Assembly (NCBI RefSeq): GCF_001194135.2
Contig: NC_069000.1
Coordinates: 23,729,390 to 23,793,389 of the forward strand
Direction: 5' to 3'
Origin: Octopus bimaculoides
Taxonomy: Eukaryota
Length of the DNA stretch: 64,000 nucleotides
Of this stretch, positions 12,004 through 25,908 are shown one piece after another. Position numbers and translations under genes: made by a program. The notes under the pieces are model-generated. The model had not been told where the DNA came from. It saw only the letters and a program-made list of their open reading frames with translations, and did not search any database. The stretch's first letter is position 1, and every line of letters starts with the position of its first letter.

Positions 12004-12299
12004 GGGACATTTTATCGGTCTATTTGTCGAACCGCTAAGTAACGTGTTATATAAAGAGGCATCATAAACACAAACACACACACACACACACACACGCGCG
12101 CGCAGGCACGCACGCACACATACAAAACGTTATCAGTAAACTTACTTGTGAAATTGAAACCAGGAGTTACGTGATCGCGAAAGCATTTATCTCCAAAGTG
12201 CAGACATATGTGTTTATACACATTTACATACAAATATGCACATATGAGTAATACAGATATCTACATATATTGATGCAAATACACATAAATTTTTTACTC

Positions 12300-12565
12300 T
12301 TTTATTTGTCATTGAAACTGCGGCCATGCTGGAGTATCGCCTTGTAGGGTTAGTCGGATAAATCATCCCTAGTACTTGTTTTCATCGGCCTCTTTACCGA
12401 ACCGTTAAGTTATGGGTCTCGTAGAAATCCAACACCGGTTGTGAAGCAATGGGGCTGGGAACACACACACGACTTCTCATAATTTCCGTCTACCAAGTTC
12501 ACTCCCAAAGTATTGATTGGTCAGGGCTATACTTAGAAGACACATACTCAAAGTGCATGCAGTGG
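12300..12565 (-). mobile_element. SINE family B, diverged copy
   Basis: actgcggccatgctggag...ttccgtctaccaagttcactc...agaagacac. Confidence 0.8.
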
Positions 12566-13797
12566 GACAAATTCATATGTATACGCGCGCGTATACACAC
12601 ATTCATACATACAAATACAATACACACGCACATATTTCCTACTTGTCACTTTGTTAGTGATCGGCTTGAATTATAGAAAGGAAAAAGTAGCTAACAAAAA
12701 AATGCATACATGCGTACATATACACACATCCAGCATGTGCGGAAATGGAGTAAGAGAGGGAGAGAGAGAGAGAAAGAGAGGCAGAAATAGTAAGAGTCTC
12801 GTTGAAAAAATATATAGACTGGAGGAAAATCAACTAGACATCCTTTGGTCTTGTTCTTCATATATATATACATATATACATACATATATATACATATATA
12901 TATATATATAATACATCTATTTTTCTCCACCACCTGTCTTCGTCTGTTGTTTTTTGTGAATTCTCCCTATATATATATATATATATATGAGGAACTTCAA
13001 AACAAAATATACGCCTTCAAGTCACCTCACCACCACCACCACCATCACTTCTATCGTATCACGCACTCCTGTGACAGTCACTATCATCTCCATCGTTATC
13101 ACCCCTCCAACATTCTCATCTCTACTCCTATCATCATCATTTCACACCACTGTCAATAATACCATCCCTAAATAACAAGCATTCACTTCCACTATTGTTG
13201 TTTGGGGGCGCTGATAGAGACTAGTGGCTATGTCTAACCCTCTCCGTCTCTCTCTCTCCGTTTCTCTTTTCGTTTGTTTCTCTCTATCAACTCTTCGTGA
13301 TAAGCTTCACTAAGCACAGCTATGCACTACAGTGACGCCCTCTAGGGACAGAAATGGGTGGAGGAAAACGATGGAAGGGCGGAGGGAGAAAGGGTGTAGA
13401 TGATAAAGGCAAGGTAGAAAACCCGAAGCAAAGTTATCTTCCCTTGATTTCAGTTTCCACATTGTTCTCAGTTTTTTTGGGGAGGGATAGAGAGGACAGG
13501 GTTAACGGTGTTTTGTTGTTTTATTTATTTGTTTCCCTCGCATCCTCCGATATCCATCCATGCTGTTGATGTTATTAGTTTAGTATAAGTTAATTAGTGA
13601 AACAGCTTCGTCCCACTTTTCACTTTCAGCATGTTTTGTGCTGGGGTCTCATTCTTCTTACTACACACGTATAAATACATATTATCATTGTTGCTGTTCT
13701 TTGGAAACTATCTTTCTTATACCTTGAGGGCTTGGTCTGCGTTGCAAGCATCTCGTTTTCAACTACATACACTCACTCACATATACATATATTATAG

Positions 13798-13882
13798 ACA
13801 TTATCTACAACGATCCAACACCAAACGGACAAACAAGCAGCCAACGAGCAAGCGATACTTGACCCTCTTTACGCTGATCTAG
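13798..13882 (+). other. Putative internal exon (TLSTTIQHQTDKQAANEQAILDPLYADL)
   Basis: Donor CTAG|gtaagt and weaker acceptor atattatag. Only the phase 0-to-1 frame is open across the 85 nt. Confidence 0.35.
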
Positions 13883-13909
13883 GTAAGTACTTTCTTCCAC
13901 TTTATGGAC

Positions 13910-14125
13910 GTTGTTGATGATTTATTTTTGTTTAGCCCCGGTCACCCTGATCGAGTTGATTTTGATCGCCAAAGGCATTTCCACCACAACCATCCTGTCT
14001 TTATGATCTACCAGAGACTACATTGTCCAATGTGGTCCTTCCATTTTAAAATTGTAGGGGGTGTTTCGAAGGAGATTTGACTACTATTTCTAACAGATCG
14101 AGCCATGTCATAGTGGCTCCCTTGG
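13910..14125 (+). repeat. Third dispersed repeat family (also at about 60985-61200 on - and 61500-61675 on +)
   Basis: Shared motif ccctgatcgag...caaaggcatt...gagattt(g)(a/g)ct(a/g)ctatttcta(a/g)cag in three places. Confidence 0.6.
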
Positions 14126-14539
14126 TCGTTGATGACGTTGGCGTTGTTTGTACAATATAAATCCGTTTGTTAAAATACTCGTAAATTATCGGACGTATAT
14201 GCTTTCTTAACCCCGCCACACACACACACCATTGTCGCTAACCGAAGAATAAGAAAGGGATATATGTGTGTGTATACATATAGGGAGAGAGAGATTCCTA
14301 TGTATGTGTGTGTGTTTGTATGTATGCATATGGAGAGAGAGAGCGAGAACTAAACGAAGAAAGGGTAGTTGTGGTGGTAATAGAAAAAGTATCACAGAGA
14401 ACAGAGGGAGAAAGTGTGCAATTCACTCTGTAGTGGACAATTTAGGCCATTTGATTCAAGCGACCAACTCCACACTTTTCTCCGATTTCGGTTAATGATT
14501 TTTTTCCATATACACATAAACACAAAACATTTTGTATGC

Positions 14540-14711
<172 letters not shown>

Positions 14712-15438
14712 GAGAAAGAGAGATACAAACACATCAGTAGATAATTTCTTTCACGCACTAACACAATTTGACCTTTCGCAGTCTAGGGTATCCATTAATG
14801 AGTGACCAGCCTTGTTGAATTCAACGGGAGGGAAAACGGTAATTGTGACATTCGTGTCTGTCACTAGGGATACAGTAAATAAAATAAAAACATCATTAAC
14901 TGAGGCTCGAAACCGTGTCACAGAGTTTACCGAGAAGCTTATTCAGGAGATCGATAAATTTTCATGTTCGTATATTTATATATACATATAAACGCATATA
15001 TATACATCAACACACAGGCTCACACATCTACTGATGTCTTTAAAACTTATTCCTATATATACATTGAAAAATAGAAATATTTTGTCTCTATTTCAAATTA
15101 CTAGAGAATGCTTAAAGTAAATTTTGTAGAGGCATGTCTGAAGATGTGTATATGCTGTGTGTACACATGCACTCACACGAACACATTATTTTATTAGTAT
15201 CAGCCTTTGGTCCCCTATTAAGCTTGCACAGCTCCTTGAAGGGTTTACTCTATCACGATGTCCCCGTACTATTTTATTGACGTCTATTTGACGAATGACT
15301 AAATTACAGGACACAGCACAACATCAATTTTTAGACCGGTATAAGTACATATATATATGTGTGTATGTGTGAGACGAACTTCTGCATAGTTTCTGTCTGC
15401 CGATTTCCACTTACAGATAATTAGTCAAAGGGAGTCTT

Positions 15439-16473
15439 GGGGCGGAGGTAAAGGACATGGACCGCACCCCCTTTCGGTTTATTTGGGGTGGGGTCTACAG
15501 AAACCCACCTTTTCGACTGCGGAGATTCCGAATCTGCAAAAAAAAATCGGCATTNNNNNNNNNNNNNNNNNNNNNNNNNNNNNNNNNNNNNNNNNNNNNN
15601 NNNNNNNNNNNNNNNNNNNNNNNNNNNNNNNNNNNNNNNNNNNNNNNNNNNNNNNNNNNNNNNNNNNNNNNNNNNNNNNNNNNNNNNNNNNNNNNNNNNN
15701 NNNNNNNNNNNNNNNNNNNNNNNNNNNNNNNNNNNNNNNNNNNNNNNNNNNNNNNNNNNNNNNNNNNNNNNNNNNNNNNNNNNNNNNNNNNNNNNNNNNN
15801 NNNNNNNNNNNNNNNNNNNNNNNNNNNNNNNNNNNNNNNNNNNNNNNNNNNNNNNNNNNNNNNNNNNNNNNNNNNNNNNNNNNNNNNNNNNNNNNNNNNN
15901 NNNNNNNNNNNNNNNNNNNNNNNNNNNNNNNNNNNNNNNNNNNNNNNNNNNNNNNNNNNNNNNNNNNNNNNNNNNNNNNNNNNNNNNNNNNNNNNNNNNN
16001 NNNNNNNNNNNNNNNNNNNNNNNNNNNNNNNNNNNNNNNNNNNNNNNNNNNNNNNNNNNNNNNNNNNNNNNNNNNNNNNNNNNNNNNNNNNNNNNNNNNN
16101 NNNNNNNNNNNNNNNNNNNNNNNNNNNNNNNNNNNNNNNNNNNNNNNNNNNNNNNNNNNNNNNNNNNNNNNNNNNNNNNNNNNNNNNNNNNNNNNNNNNN
16201 NNNNNNNNNNNNNNNNNNNTTTTTTTTTTTTTTTTGAAAAATAGAAATTTTACAAAAATTTTTTTTCAGAATCAAAATCTCCATATTTTTCTACATATTT
16301 TGCCAAAAAAATTCTAAAAATGTGAAAAACTGGGGCGGGGAATTAAAAGTTTGAAATGCAGATAATTTTTTTTCTGCAGATTCGAAATCTCTGCAGTCAA
16401 AAAGGTGGGTTTCTGTAGAAAATAACCAAAAAACAACCAAAAGGGGGAGCAGTCTATGTCCTTTACCTCTGCC
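15439..16473. mobile_element. Long-TIR foldback/MITE element spanning the gap 15555-16219 (family shared with 42151-42905)
   Basis: The left arm ggggcggaggtaaaggacatggaccgc...cttttcgactgcggagattccgaatctgc is the reverse complement of the right arm ...gcagattcgaaatctctgcagtcaaaaaggtggg...tatgtcctttacctctgcc. Confidence 0.85.
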
Positions 16474-19400
16474 ATCTGAGGAACCCCCTAAAGGTTGGTG
16501 AGCAATTACAGGGGGTCGAATGGGGGTCGGCAAGCAAAAAACCAGCTTACCCAGATGAACTGCTTGAAATACTTAGCACCATGAAACATGGGAAAACATG
16601 ATAAATTTTCACTGCAGTGAGAAGTCTGTTGCTAACGGTCGAAGCCTGATGTAATCGAAGATTGAGAGATGTGATTGAGGAGACTGTCAAGTGTTTGCTT
16701 ATAGAAATTGCCTGAACCTGGAGGAACAAGGTAATTTGAGACTGAAATTAACTAACATTAATTAAGCCTGATATCAATGCCTTGATTCAGGATCACCCAT
16801 GCTCATCCCTCACATTGATGCTGTCGATTTCAGTAAAAGATATTCCAGCAATATGAAGTGTTTTTCACATTTTGTAACCGTGAAAACAATTTCGTAAAAA
16901 TTGAAAGTTTAATACTGTATACTCGTACACGTAGTTTTAAATGTAAAAAGTGAGTCATTTTCAATAGAATTTCTTAATTTGTAGTACATGCATATTTTAG
17001 CTAACATTTTGGTTGCCAGCATCAGTACCTGGTACACATTTAAGATATGGTACAGTAGGGTAAAGTATTTTAAAAATGAGGAGGGTGGTCGATGCAGAAG
17101 AAGTGGCTAAAGGGGGTCAATGGTCAAAAAAGTTTGGTGAACCCTGGTCTATCTGAAGCTAGTAGAAAACACATGCCCATTGCAAAGTGAATGTCTTAAC
17201 CAGATACCCATGCCTTGTGTGTGTTTGTGTACATACACATTAAAGGCAAAATGTTCTGATCTGGATAAAATAAAGTTCAATTGGATGCAGTATAAGTTAT
17301 ACCAATAGCCGGACCCACATTATTTTGGATAAGCAACTTCAGAAGTAATTGAAGAGCAATTTTACCTTGAAATTATAAAACCAGAGAATGTTTGGAGATT
17401 GATTTGTAAAGACCCATCGAGGGCTTTTATTCTCAAACATTGTTGTCAGGACTAAAGGTTCTATCATCATACCTCATTTGTTCATTTTATTTCTATAGAT
17501 AGTGTCAAAATGATTCATTGTTGGATGCTTATAATTCTTTAGCATGTTTTAGCCATCATGTGTAAGGCCATACTAGAGCACCACCTAATAGGATGTTTTT
17601 GTATTGGTGATCTAGTTTTAATGACTACTCTGTGAATTGCAAAAAATTGAAGCCAAGAAAATATAGTGATCAGGACCAAAGTATTTATTAGTAGTAGGGG
17701 CCCCAAAAAGTTTTAAATGCAGAAAAGTTTTGTGTGTGGTACAGTAAAGGAAGTAGATATAGCTGTGAGGTAAAGAAGCTTGCATCACATGGTGTTAAGT
17801 TTGAACTGACAGCACCCTACCTTGGACAGATCCTCATCTGTGTGTATGTTTATTGGTGGAAAATATACACATTCACTAGAAATTTCCAGTAAATCCATAT
17901 ATTGTACTAAAATATGTTGTAGTGTTTATTTTAGCAAGTTGCACAGACACTCCCTTGTCACTTATGCCATTGGAGATATGATGAACTAGCAATTATCCTG
18001 TTTGCAACCTATAACCAATGACATTATAGTACAAAAATGCATGATGTATTGGGTTGCCTGATAAATTATTTCTTTTTTGTTTCTTTTTCTACTTGGCACT
18101 CCATCATCATATGTCTGAAAGAGATAAAATTTATTCAAATTTTTAAAGCAATTAACAAAAGTTGTAGAAGAAGAATAGAGCTGCACACACACACACACAA
18201 AAAGAAAATCATAAAACACTATGATAAAAATATCTTTTATGTTAGTACCAAAGGATTAAAATAAATGGGGCAAAAAAATTAATGAATTTATCTGATAAAC
18301 CAATAAAATAAAAATGAAAAGAACAATGATATGTACAAGACTGAATGGGGAATCACAAACTCTGGCTGCAATACCTTCCATGAAAGAGTTAGCAACATAT
18401 GTAACTATGAAATGAAAGTTATGGATTATTCAGACAATTCACTAGAAGGATCTAAACAAGTCCTCTTATCTAGGTAACTTAATCAGGAGATGGTTGAAGT
18501 GTCAAAATTGTTTTAGAGTTACAGTGGAATGAAAAAGTATGGTAAATTGTTAGACACATGAGCATCAAGTGTGATGGTAGATGAAAGCAAGGGAGTGAAT
18601 TTAGAGAATTTACTATATCTGGAGAGTTATGAATAAGTAATAGAGCAATGGAAGGGGAAATAGGTGAAGTACTTGACAAATGTCTTGTAGAGTTTAGTTA
18701 TGTCTATGTGTATTTAATAATTTCAGTTTGGGATCAACTTTGCCATCCGTTATTCTTAAGTCAACAACACAGACACCAATCAAATACTGTAGTTAAATTG
18801 ACTATTTCCTTCACCAAAATGCATTGTCTTAAGCCACTTAAAAATTAGTATTATTGCAGATGGGTGGGATTTCTCAATTTGCTGTGTCACACACACATGA
18901 TGATGACCAATTATCTACATCAGGTTCAATAAATATACTAGTTTGGACACATTTCATAGCCCCAAGTTAATTCTAAGCAGACCTATGGCACATAGGTAGT
19001 CTGTTGTTGGTTACCTAACCAACTCATAAACCATTCCTCCACCTAAATAAATGCCATACTAGTGATGGTAGAAGCAAGCGATGTAGCTTCATTTAAGAGA
19101 CAACAGCTGGATTTAGATATGTATTGTGAACAGATGATGTATTATGAATGAAGTGATATCAGGAGTTACAAAATGGAAGGAACCAATAATAGAGCCAGAC
19201 TAAATACTATCTGAAGGAAAAGCAGTGAGGATAGACAAGGGATACAGAAGAGATTACCAAATGCCATCCTGGTAAAATTAATAAGATAATAGTTGTGTAT
19301 ATGCATATATATATTTATGAACACAGATGGAGCCAAGTGGTTATAAAGTTTGCTTTGCAACCATTAGTTCTCAGGTTCCATTCAGTTACATGACATCCTG

Positions 19401-19679
19401 AACAAATATCTTAAGCTATAACTTCAGGTTGATCCAAGCCTTGTGGGTGAACTGTGTAGAAAGATACATTTTGGAAGACCGTTCCTATGGACCATAATGT
19501 ATAATTTAAAGGCCCAGCCTTGTCACATGCTGTGTCATGCTGATTCTATTGGTGAATAATGTTCAGGGTACATACACAAGCCTGAGGAATATTCAACCAC
19601 TTACATTCATTGAGTAAGTAGTTTAGTTGAATAATTAACTAGAATAGTCATCATCAAAACCAACAGATATACATTTATG

Positions 19680-20030
19680 TGTTATACATACACACTGCAC
19701 CTAATATTGAGGCTAGTAAACTTGTATTATGCCTATTGTCTTCTATGGGCAGAAACTTGGACATAGCATTGGAGAAGAACATAGAAGCCTTTGGGATCTG
19801 GATCTCTTGCACATTGGGCAGCTGGAAAGGCAGAGTAGCAAAGGCTGCAGTACTAGGAAAGCTGAAAGTCGAAAGATACCTCTTGTCCAGACAGCTGTTG
19901 TATTTTGGACATGCAATGCACCACAAATCACTGCTTAAGAAGATTCTATCAGGATTTGTGGAGAGGAATAGAGTAAGAGGCTGTCAAAGACGTTTGTGGA
20001 CTGATGACAACAAAGAATGGATTTGACCTG
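19680..20030 (+). mobile_element. Old RTE LINE 3' coding fragment
   Basis: RQLLYFGHAMHHKSLLKKILSGFVERNRVRGCQRRLWTDDNKEW matches the RTE C-terminal LxYFGH...GxRxRGRxxxxWxD motif. Confidence 0.75.
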
Positions 20031-20080
20031 GAGAGCTTTAGCAAGCCAACCCTTGAACACAGGGAATGGCCTGGTTAGTG

Positions 20081-20125
<45 letters not shown>

Positions 20126-20351
20126 TATATGCACACATGCAAACTGACACATGACTACTTGTGAAAATTTCAAAGTAGATCTCTCCTGATATATGACAAC
20201 AGACCACAATGAAAGAAACTACTAATAGACATTCCATCACTTTTTGATAGTCCCTTACAGTTGGCGTCAGGGATAATCGAACGGTACCGTGATCTGGGAA
20301 AGTAATCCTTGTTTATCACACACACATTTGATATGTATACTTATATTCTGT

Positions 20352-20682
20352 TACGTGTTTCAGTCATTTGACTGCGGCCATGTGGAGCATCATCTTTAGT
20401 CGAGAAAATCGACCCCAGGGCGTATTCTTTGTAAGTTTAGTATTTATTCTATCGGCCTCTTATGGCGAACCTCTAGGTTACGGAAGCATAAACACATCAA
20501 CATCGGTTGTCAAGCGATACGACGGGCTTCTTTCAGTTTCCATCGACCAAATCCACTCATAAGGCTTTGGCCAACCCGAGGATACTGTAGAAGGCACTTG
20601 CCCAAGGGGCCACGCAGTGGGACTGAACCCGGAACTATGTAGTTGGGAAGCAAGCTTCTTATCACACAGCCACTCCTGCGCC
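20352..20682 (-). mobile_element. SINE family B, near full length
   Basis: Minus-strand head ggcgcaggagtggctgtgtgataag (A box) and ggttcagtccc (B box), followed by ccttgggcaagtg. Confidence 0.9.
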
Positions 20683-22955
20683 CATGTATACAATGGTTAG
20701 TAAAAGAAACGCTTGGTGGCTGAAACGATACTACACCAGAAAACTGGGTGATAAGAACGGAATTTGCATTCTGGTATTAGCGCTTACGACTAAACAATTT
20801 ACAAGTTGCAATTGTACTACAAATGCCAAAGGGTAGTAATAAATCACTGCTGTAAAACTAAGTGTCACTGTGATCTTCAACAAGGTGTACTGCAGGTATA
20901 GGCTGAATGTTTTTGATTTCTGATTGACTTGCTCTGTGATCTAATGCACTCGAAGTCGGGCTAAACAAGAACTGTGCCTACTCGAATAAAAAAAATTGTT
21001 GTACATACATACATACACACACACTTAAAGGATTCTTTCATCACTACTTTTGCTACTAGGGTAAAGTATTTGCTTAGATGAGATGGTCAACAAAAACAAA
21101 TATAGAGTTGTCTCCCGTATTTATTGGTATCAAAATATTAGTTATTAAGTTTACACAAGTATTTTTAATTAGCTTAGAAATATTTCATGCAGATGAAATC
21201 TCGGAGTGATTTATTCCCTATTATATTTAGATTTTTAAAGTACCATTCTCTCAAGCATATTGCAGTGTGTGTGCTTACACACACACACACATGAGAAGTT
21301 TTACATGTACGCACATCCACAGACGACTTTCTAGAAGTATAAAAAAATATAAACAAACGATGTGTTGGATTGTTTTTTATTCATATGGTTGGCCAGCGAC
21401 AATATATCTTTATATTCCTACACATTATTTTCATGCATATTGATATGTATGTTTTCGTACACACACACACACACTTTCTCTCCCCCTCTCTCTCTATCCC
21501 CCTCTCTCTCAACCTCTTACATCACTAATAGAATACGTGAACATCTCTACATCTTCGGATGCGTGTTTGTGCATACGTATGTGTATATCTTTGTGCAAAA
21601 CTGTTTATATGAAAGTGTGTTTGCACGGCAGTGAACGAGAGCGCTAACATTTACTGGTGAATCTAGCATGTGTATCCTCCAGGCAAGACACAACATTCTA
21701 CTTGCTTGAAGCCATGCACCTAATTAATGCATTCTATAGTCTCGATGTCGTGTCTCACCCATCAACTTGCCGAAGGCTACCTGCTTAATTAACAAATTGT
21801 TATTTGTCGAGTTAACTCCCTTAGGCAAGCTAACTGCTTGCCTCTAAGGTTTCCTGTCTAGTGGACGACGACAATAAGGAATCGTGGTGTTATTTATACT
21901 CTTGTACTTTTTGTGTTCAACACACACTTGGTGATTTTACGAACCGTATGAAGTTCTAACTTTAAATCACTGTGTCTGTCTACAAAAGTGTATGCATGTG
22001 TGCATATTTTGTTTTTATGCATATCTTTTTTTATGATGTTACTTGTTTCAGTCATTAGACTGCGGTCATGCAGACTAAAGACTGAAGAATTTTAGTCAAA
22101 CAAATTGACTCCAGTACTCATTCTATCGAAACGAACACAGCTTGTCAAGCAGTGATGGGAGACAAACAAAGACACACGCATACACATAGATATAGATATG
22201 TATTTGTGTGGCTACATGTAATATATATATAGCCACACACGTTTTTGTATTTCGCATGTAACCAATGGTGTGTGTGTATCTACGCACACATTTATTGTGT
22301 GTATACCGAGAGTGCGTGCGAGAGAGGCAGAGATGACGGTATATTCTCAAAATCGATTCTGACGCACATAACAGTTTATGTAATAGAGAGAGGGAACATG
22401 TGTGCAACATTACAATGGTGCGATTCCTAAGGTATGGAATTCCAAAATCGGATCTTTTCTGTTACTGTCACAGATTTTGAAATTTTAAAATTAAGAGAAA
22501 ATTTTAAAATTCGGTTTACTGATGTGATTTTTCACACCGAATTCGATTTTGTGATTGATTTATTCCATAAAAATTTTTAGAAAAATACAACAGAAGTATA
22601 AAGTTTTATAATTTTTACCCAATCAGAAAGCAATATTTGCAAGTTAGTATTTTCTACGTGATAGCTAATTATCACAAAACATTACGACGACGGAAGTTTT
22701 TATAGGTTTTAATGAATTAGGTCATGGGAAACGGTCGAATGGACATGTAAATAATTTTAAAAGGAAAAAAACCTCGATTTTCTTTTCTTTTAAATAAAAA
22801 AAATCTACATTCGGGTTAGGAAAAAACACGTGGTTCAGACAGCAGACTACAGCTTTGCTTCTTATTATAGGAACAAGTACCAATGTGTCTATGGCTTTCA
22901 ATTGGCTAAAATTGCCCAACATTTGCAAACATATACTTATATATATTTATACATG

Positions 22956-23135
22956 ACTAGGTACTGCAATAGCTTAGGGTTCAAAGGCCCACAACTCTTC
23001 AATGCCCTGCCACAAAAATTAAGAAACCTACAAAAGGTGGATGTAGATGTCTTCAAAAAGGAATTAGACATTCTCCTCTCCACTATATCAGATGAACCAA
23101 CAGCCCGGCATAAGGTACAGACGAGGGTAGCAGAG

Positions 23136-23139
<4 letters not shown>
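22956..23139 (+). mobile_element. CR1-like LINE 3' fragment
   Basis: NSLGFKGPQLFNALPQKLRNL...FKKELDILLSTISDEP matches the CR1-group C-terminal WNxLP...FKxxLD pattern and ends in (TA)n. Confidence 0.75.
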
Positions 23140-23174
<35 letters not shown>

Positions 23175-23175
<1 letters not shown>

Positions 23176-23960
23176 TTGGAATTTACAAAAAAACAAAAGA
23201 CAAATACAGGTGTATAAACAACGAACAGGTGTATTAGTTTAATGCTTCGGAAGGTGAGAAAGTCTTTTACGTTTTGATCCTATGCTCTTTCAACAGAAAG
23301 GACCAGAAGAAAATAAACAGAGAGAATTAAAAAAAGCTTTAGTGGCTAGTGGTTCAATCATGGCGGATGACTGGACAGAGGTGGTTAGACAGGAGAGCTA
23401 GGAAGAAGGGGAGATAATAGAGTAGTGGTGATCCTAAAACGAAGATGCGCATGCATGTGTATGTGAGAGTGTGGATTGGGGCTGGTGACCTTGACGTATG
23501 AATGTCTGCGGATGATGTGGGTGCTGGGAAGTGGTCAATGCTAGTGTGTGCAGGGTGGTGTGGTGGTGAGGGGGTAAGGGTAGAGTAGCGTGATTGAGAT
23601 ATGTAGGGGTGGGGTGTGGATGGAAGAGGTAATGATGAAGGGAGAAGGAGGGTAGGAGTGGAGAGATGGGGAGTTGAGCCCATGTGGCGCAAAGGAGTGA
23701 AGAAAAAAGATTAGTTCCTGTTCATGGCAAAGGTGGGCCCAGATGGCCCCCTGTGCAAAGACAATCCAAACACAGACAGGTGTTGTAATGAATGACCAGT
23801 AGAGCGGAAATGGTGTGAGACTGGGGTGTTGTTGCTGAGTCTAATATCTCGGAGGTGTTCCGCAAACTGGTCAGCCAAGCAGCATCCTGTTTGACCAATG
23901 TACAGAGAAGGACAGAAAGAGCAGGAGATGCAGTAAATGACGTTGCTAGAAGTGCATGTG
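23175..23960 (-). mobile_element. Penelope-like element 3' end: GIY-YIG fragment plus terminal region with a degenerate hammerhead-like motif
   Basis: FTCTSSNVIYCISCSFCPSLYIGQTGCCLADQFAEHLRDIR...PVSHHF (VIY...YIG). The motif ctgttga-aagagcataggatc-aaaacgta lies at about 23261-23304. Confidence 0.85.
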
Positions 23961-24442
23961 AATATATATATATGTATACATAATGATTGCTTCATCTTGA
24001 CTGGTGATAGCTGTCCCATCAACACCCACATACACCACACCCCATCGCTAAAAACACAATCACTCCCTTGATGAGCCCTTAGATGACCAGCTGCTTAAAA
24101 CACAAGTGACAGATATTATTCAAGTTCCTTCCATATCTTTGCCCTTTGGATTCTCAACAATTCAGCTTCTCTGGTTGACATTAAGACACCCACCCCCAAT
24201 AGGGGCCTTAACTACCACATTTTAGAGCTCCATTACCTCCATTTTTCAGGAGCAAAATCCTTTTAACAGGTTCCATAAGACTGGAATTTTGGAATCTTCA
24301 CATAAAGATCAGTAGTATGGGATACATGTGTCATGATTAGAATTTTTTTAGAGTGTGTAAAGAGGGAAAGAACCCTCATCTGCAATTTTCCAGTTCATTA
24401 GAGAAAATATAACAGAAAAGTCTAATTCTTCAATTGCATGTA

Positions 24443-24471
24443 ACACAGGCAATGCTGGGTATTTCTGCTAG
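24443..24471 (+). mobile_element. Helitron-like 3' terminus (degenerate hairpin plus CTAG|T); 5' extent unknown
   Basis: acacaggcaatgctgggtatttctgCTAG followed by T resembles the Helitron 3' hairpin-CTRR end. Confidence 0.5.
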
Positions 24472-24484
24472 TATTATATATATA

Positions 24485-25908
24485 TCATCATCATCATCAT
24501 CATTTAACGTCTGCTTTCCATGCTAGCATGGGTTGGATGATTTGACTGAGGACTGGCAAACCAGATGGCTGCACCAGGCTCCAATCTGATCTGGCAGAGT
24601 TTTTACAGCTGGATGTCCTTCCTAACACCAACCACTCTGAGAATGTAGCAGGTGCTTTTACGTGCCACTGGCAGTACTGTCAACGGCCACACTCAAGTGG
24701 TGTATTTTACGTGCCCCCTGCATAGGAGCCAGTCCAGCGGCACTGGCAATGACCTTGCTCGAATGTTTTTTCACGTGCCACCAGCACAAGTGCCTGTAAG
24801 GCGATGCTGGTAACAATCATGTTCGAATGGTGCTTTTTATGTGCCACCGGCACGGAAGCCAATCAGCTTCTCTGGCAGTGATCACGCTTTTAGCGCTCCA
24901 CTGGCATGTGTGCCAGTCATCGAATTTGATTTGATTTTGATTTCACTTGCCTCAACAGGTTTTTGCAAGTAGAGTTTAGTGTCCAGTGAAGGAAAGGTAC
25001 GCATAAGTGGGCTGGTTACACCCCTGGCATAGGCCACGTGTTATGGTCTCACTTGGCTTGCTGGGTCTTCTCACGCACAGCATATTTCCAAAGGTCTCAG
25101 TTACTAGTCATTGCCTTGGTGAGGCCTAATGTTCGAATGTCGTGCTTCACCACCTCATCCGAGGTCTTCCTGGGTCTACCTCTTCTACAGGTTCCCTCAA
25201 CCGCTAGGGTGTGGCACTTTTTCACACAACTATCCTAATCCATTCTCGCCACATGACCATACCAGCGCAGTCGTCTCTCTTGCACACCACATCTGATGCT
25301 TCTTAGGTCCAACTTTTCTCTCAAGGTACTTACACTCTGTCGAGTATGCACACTTACATTACACATCCATCTGAGCATACTGGCTTCATTCCTTGCGAGC
25401 TTACACATGTCTTCAGCAGTCATGGCCCATGTTTCACTGCCATGTAGCATGGCTGTTCGTACACATGCGTCATACAGTCTGCCTTTTACTCTGAACGAGA
25501 GGCCCTTTGTCACCAGCAAAGGTAAGAGGTCTCTGAACTTTGCCCAGGCTATTCTTATTCTAGCAGCTATACTTTCAGCTACTGATTTGGTCACCTAGGT
25601 AACGGAAGCTATCAACTACTTTTAGTTTTTCTCCCTGGAATGTGGTGGAAGTTGTTCTCTGCACATTTTCAGTGTTTATTGCTCCTGAGCATCTGCCACA
25701 TACAAAAACTATCTTCCCGGTTAGCCTTCCTTTGATATTGCTGCACCTCTTATGTGTCCATAGCTTACACTGGGTACATCTTATAGAGTTTCTACCTACG
25801 TCTTTTCTACAGATCGAGCAGGGCCATCTACCTGAAGGGATTTGTGGTTTGTCTTCCTTCTTACTTATTAGGACTTTGGTTTTAGCTAGGTTGACTCTAA
25901 GGCCCTTC
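24485..25908 (-). mobile_element. 5'-truncated RTE LINE (RT end, PHD finger, thumb, 3' UTR, (GAT)n tail)
   Basis: LRVNLAKTKVL...WPCSICRKDVGRNSIRCTQCKLWTHKRC...FVCGRC...SFRYLGDQ...ARIRIAWAKFRDLLPLL...RLRWYGHV, ending in ttaaatgatgatgat. Confidence 0.92.

Noticed and set aside
15421-16317. Long ORFs in the track here and at 26753-27736, 39747-41030, 42133-42931 and 43746-44645
   Set aside because: Their length comes from runs of N in assembly gaps.
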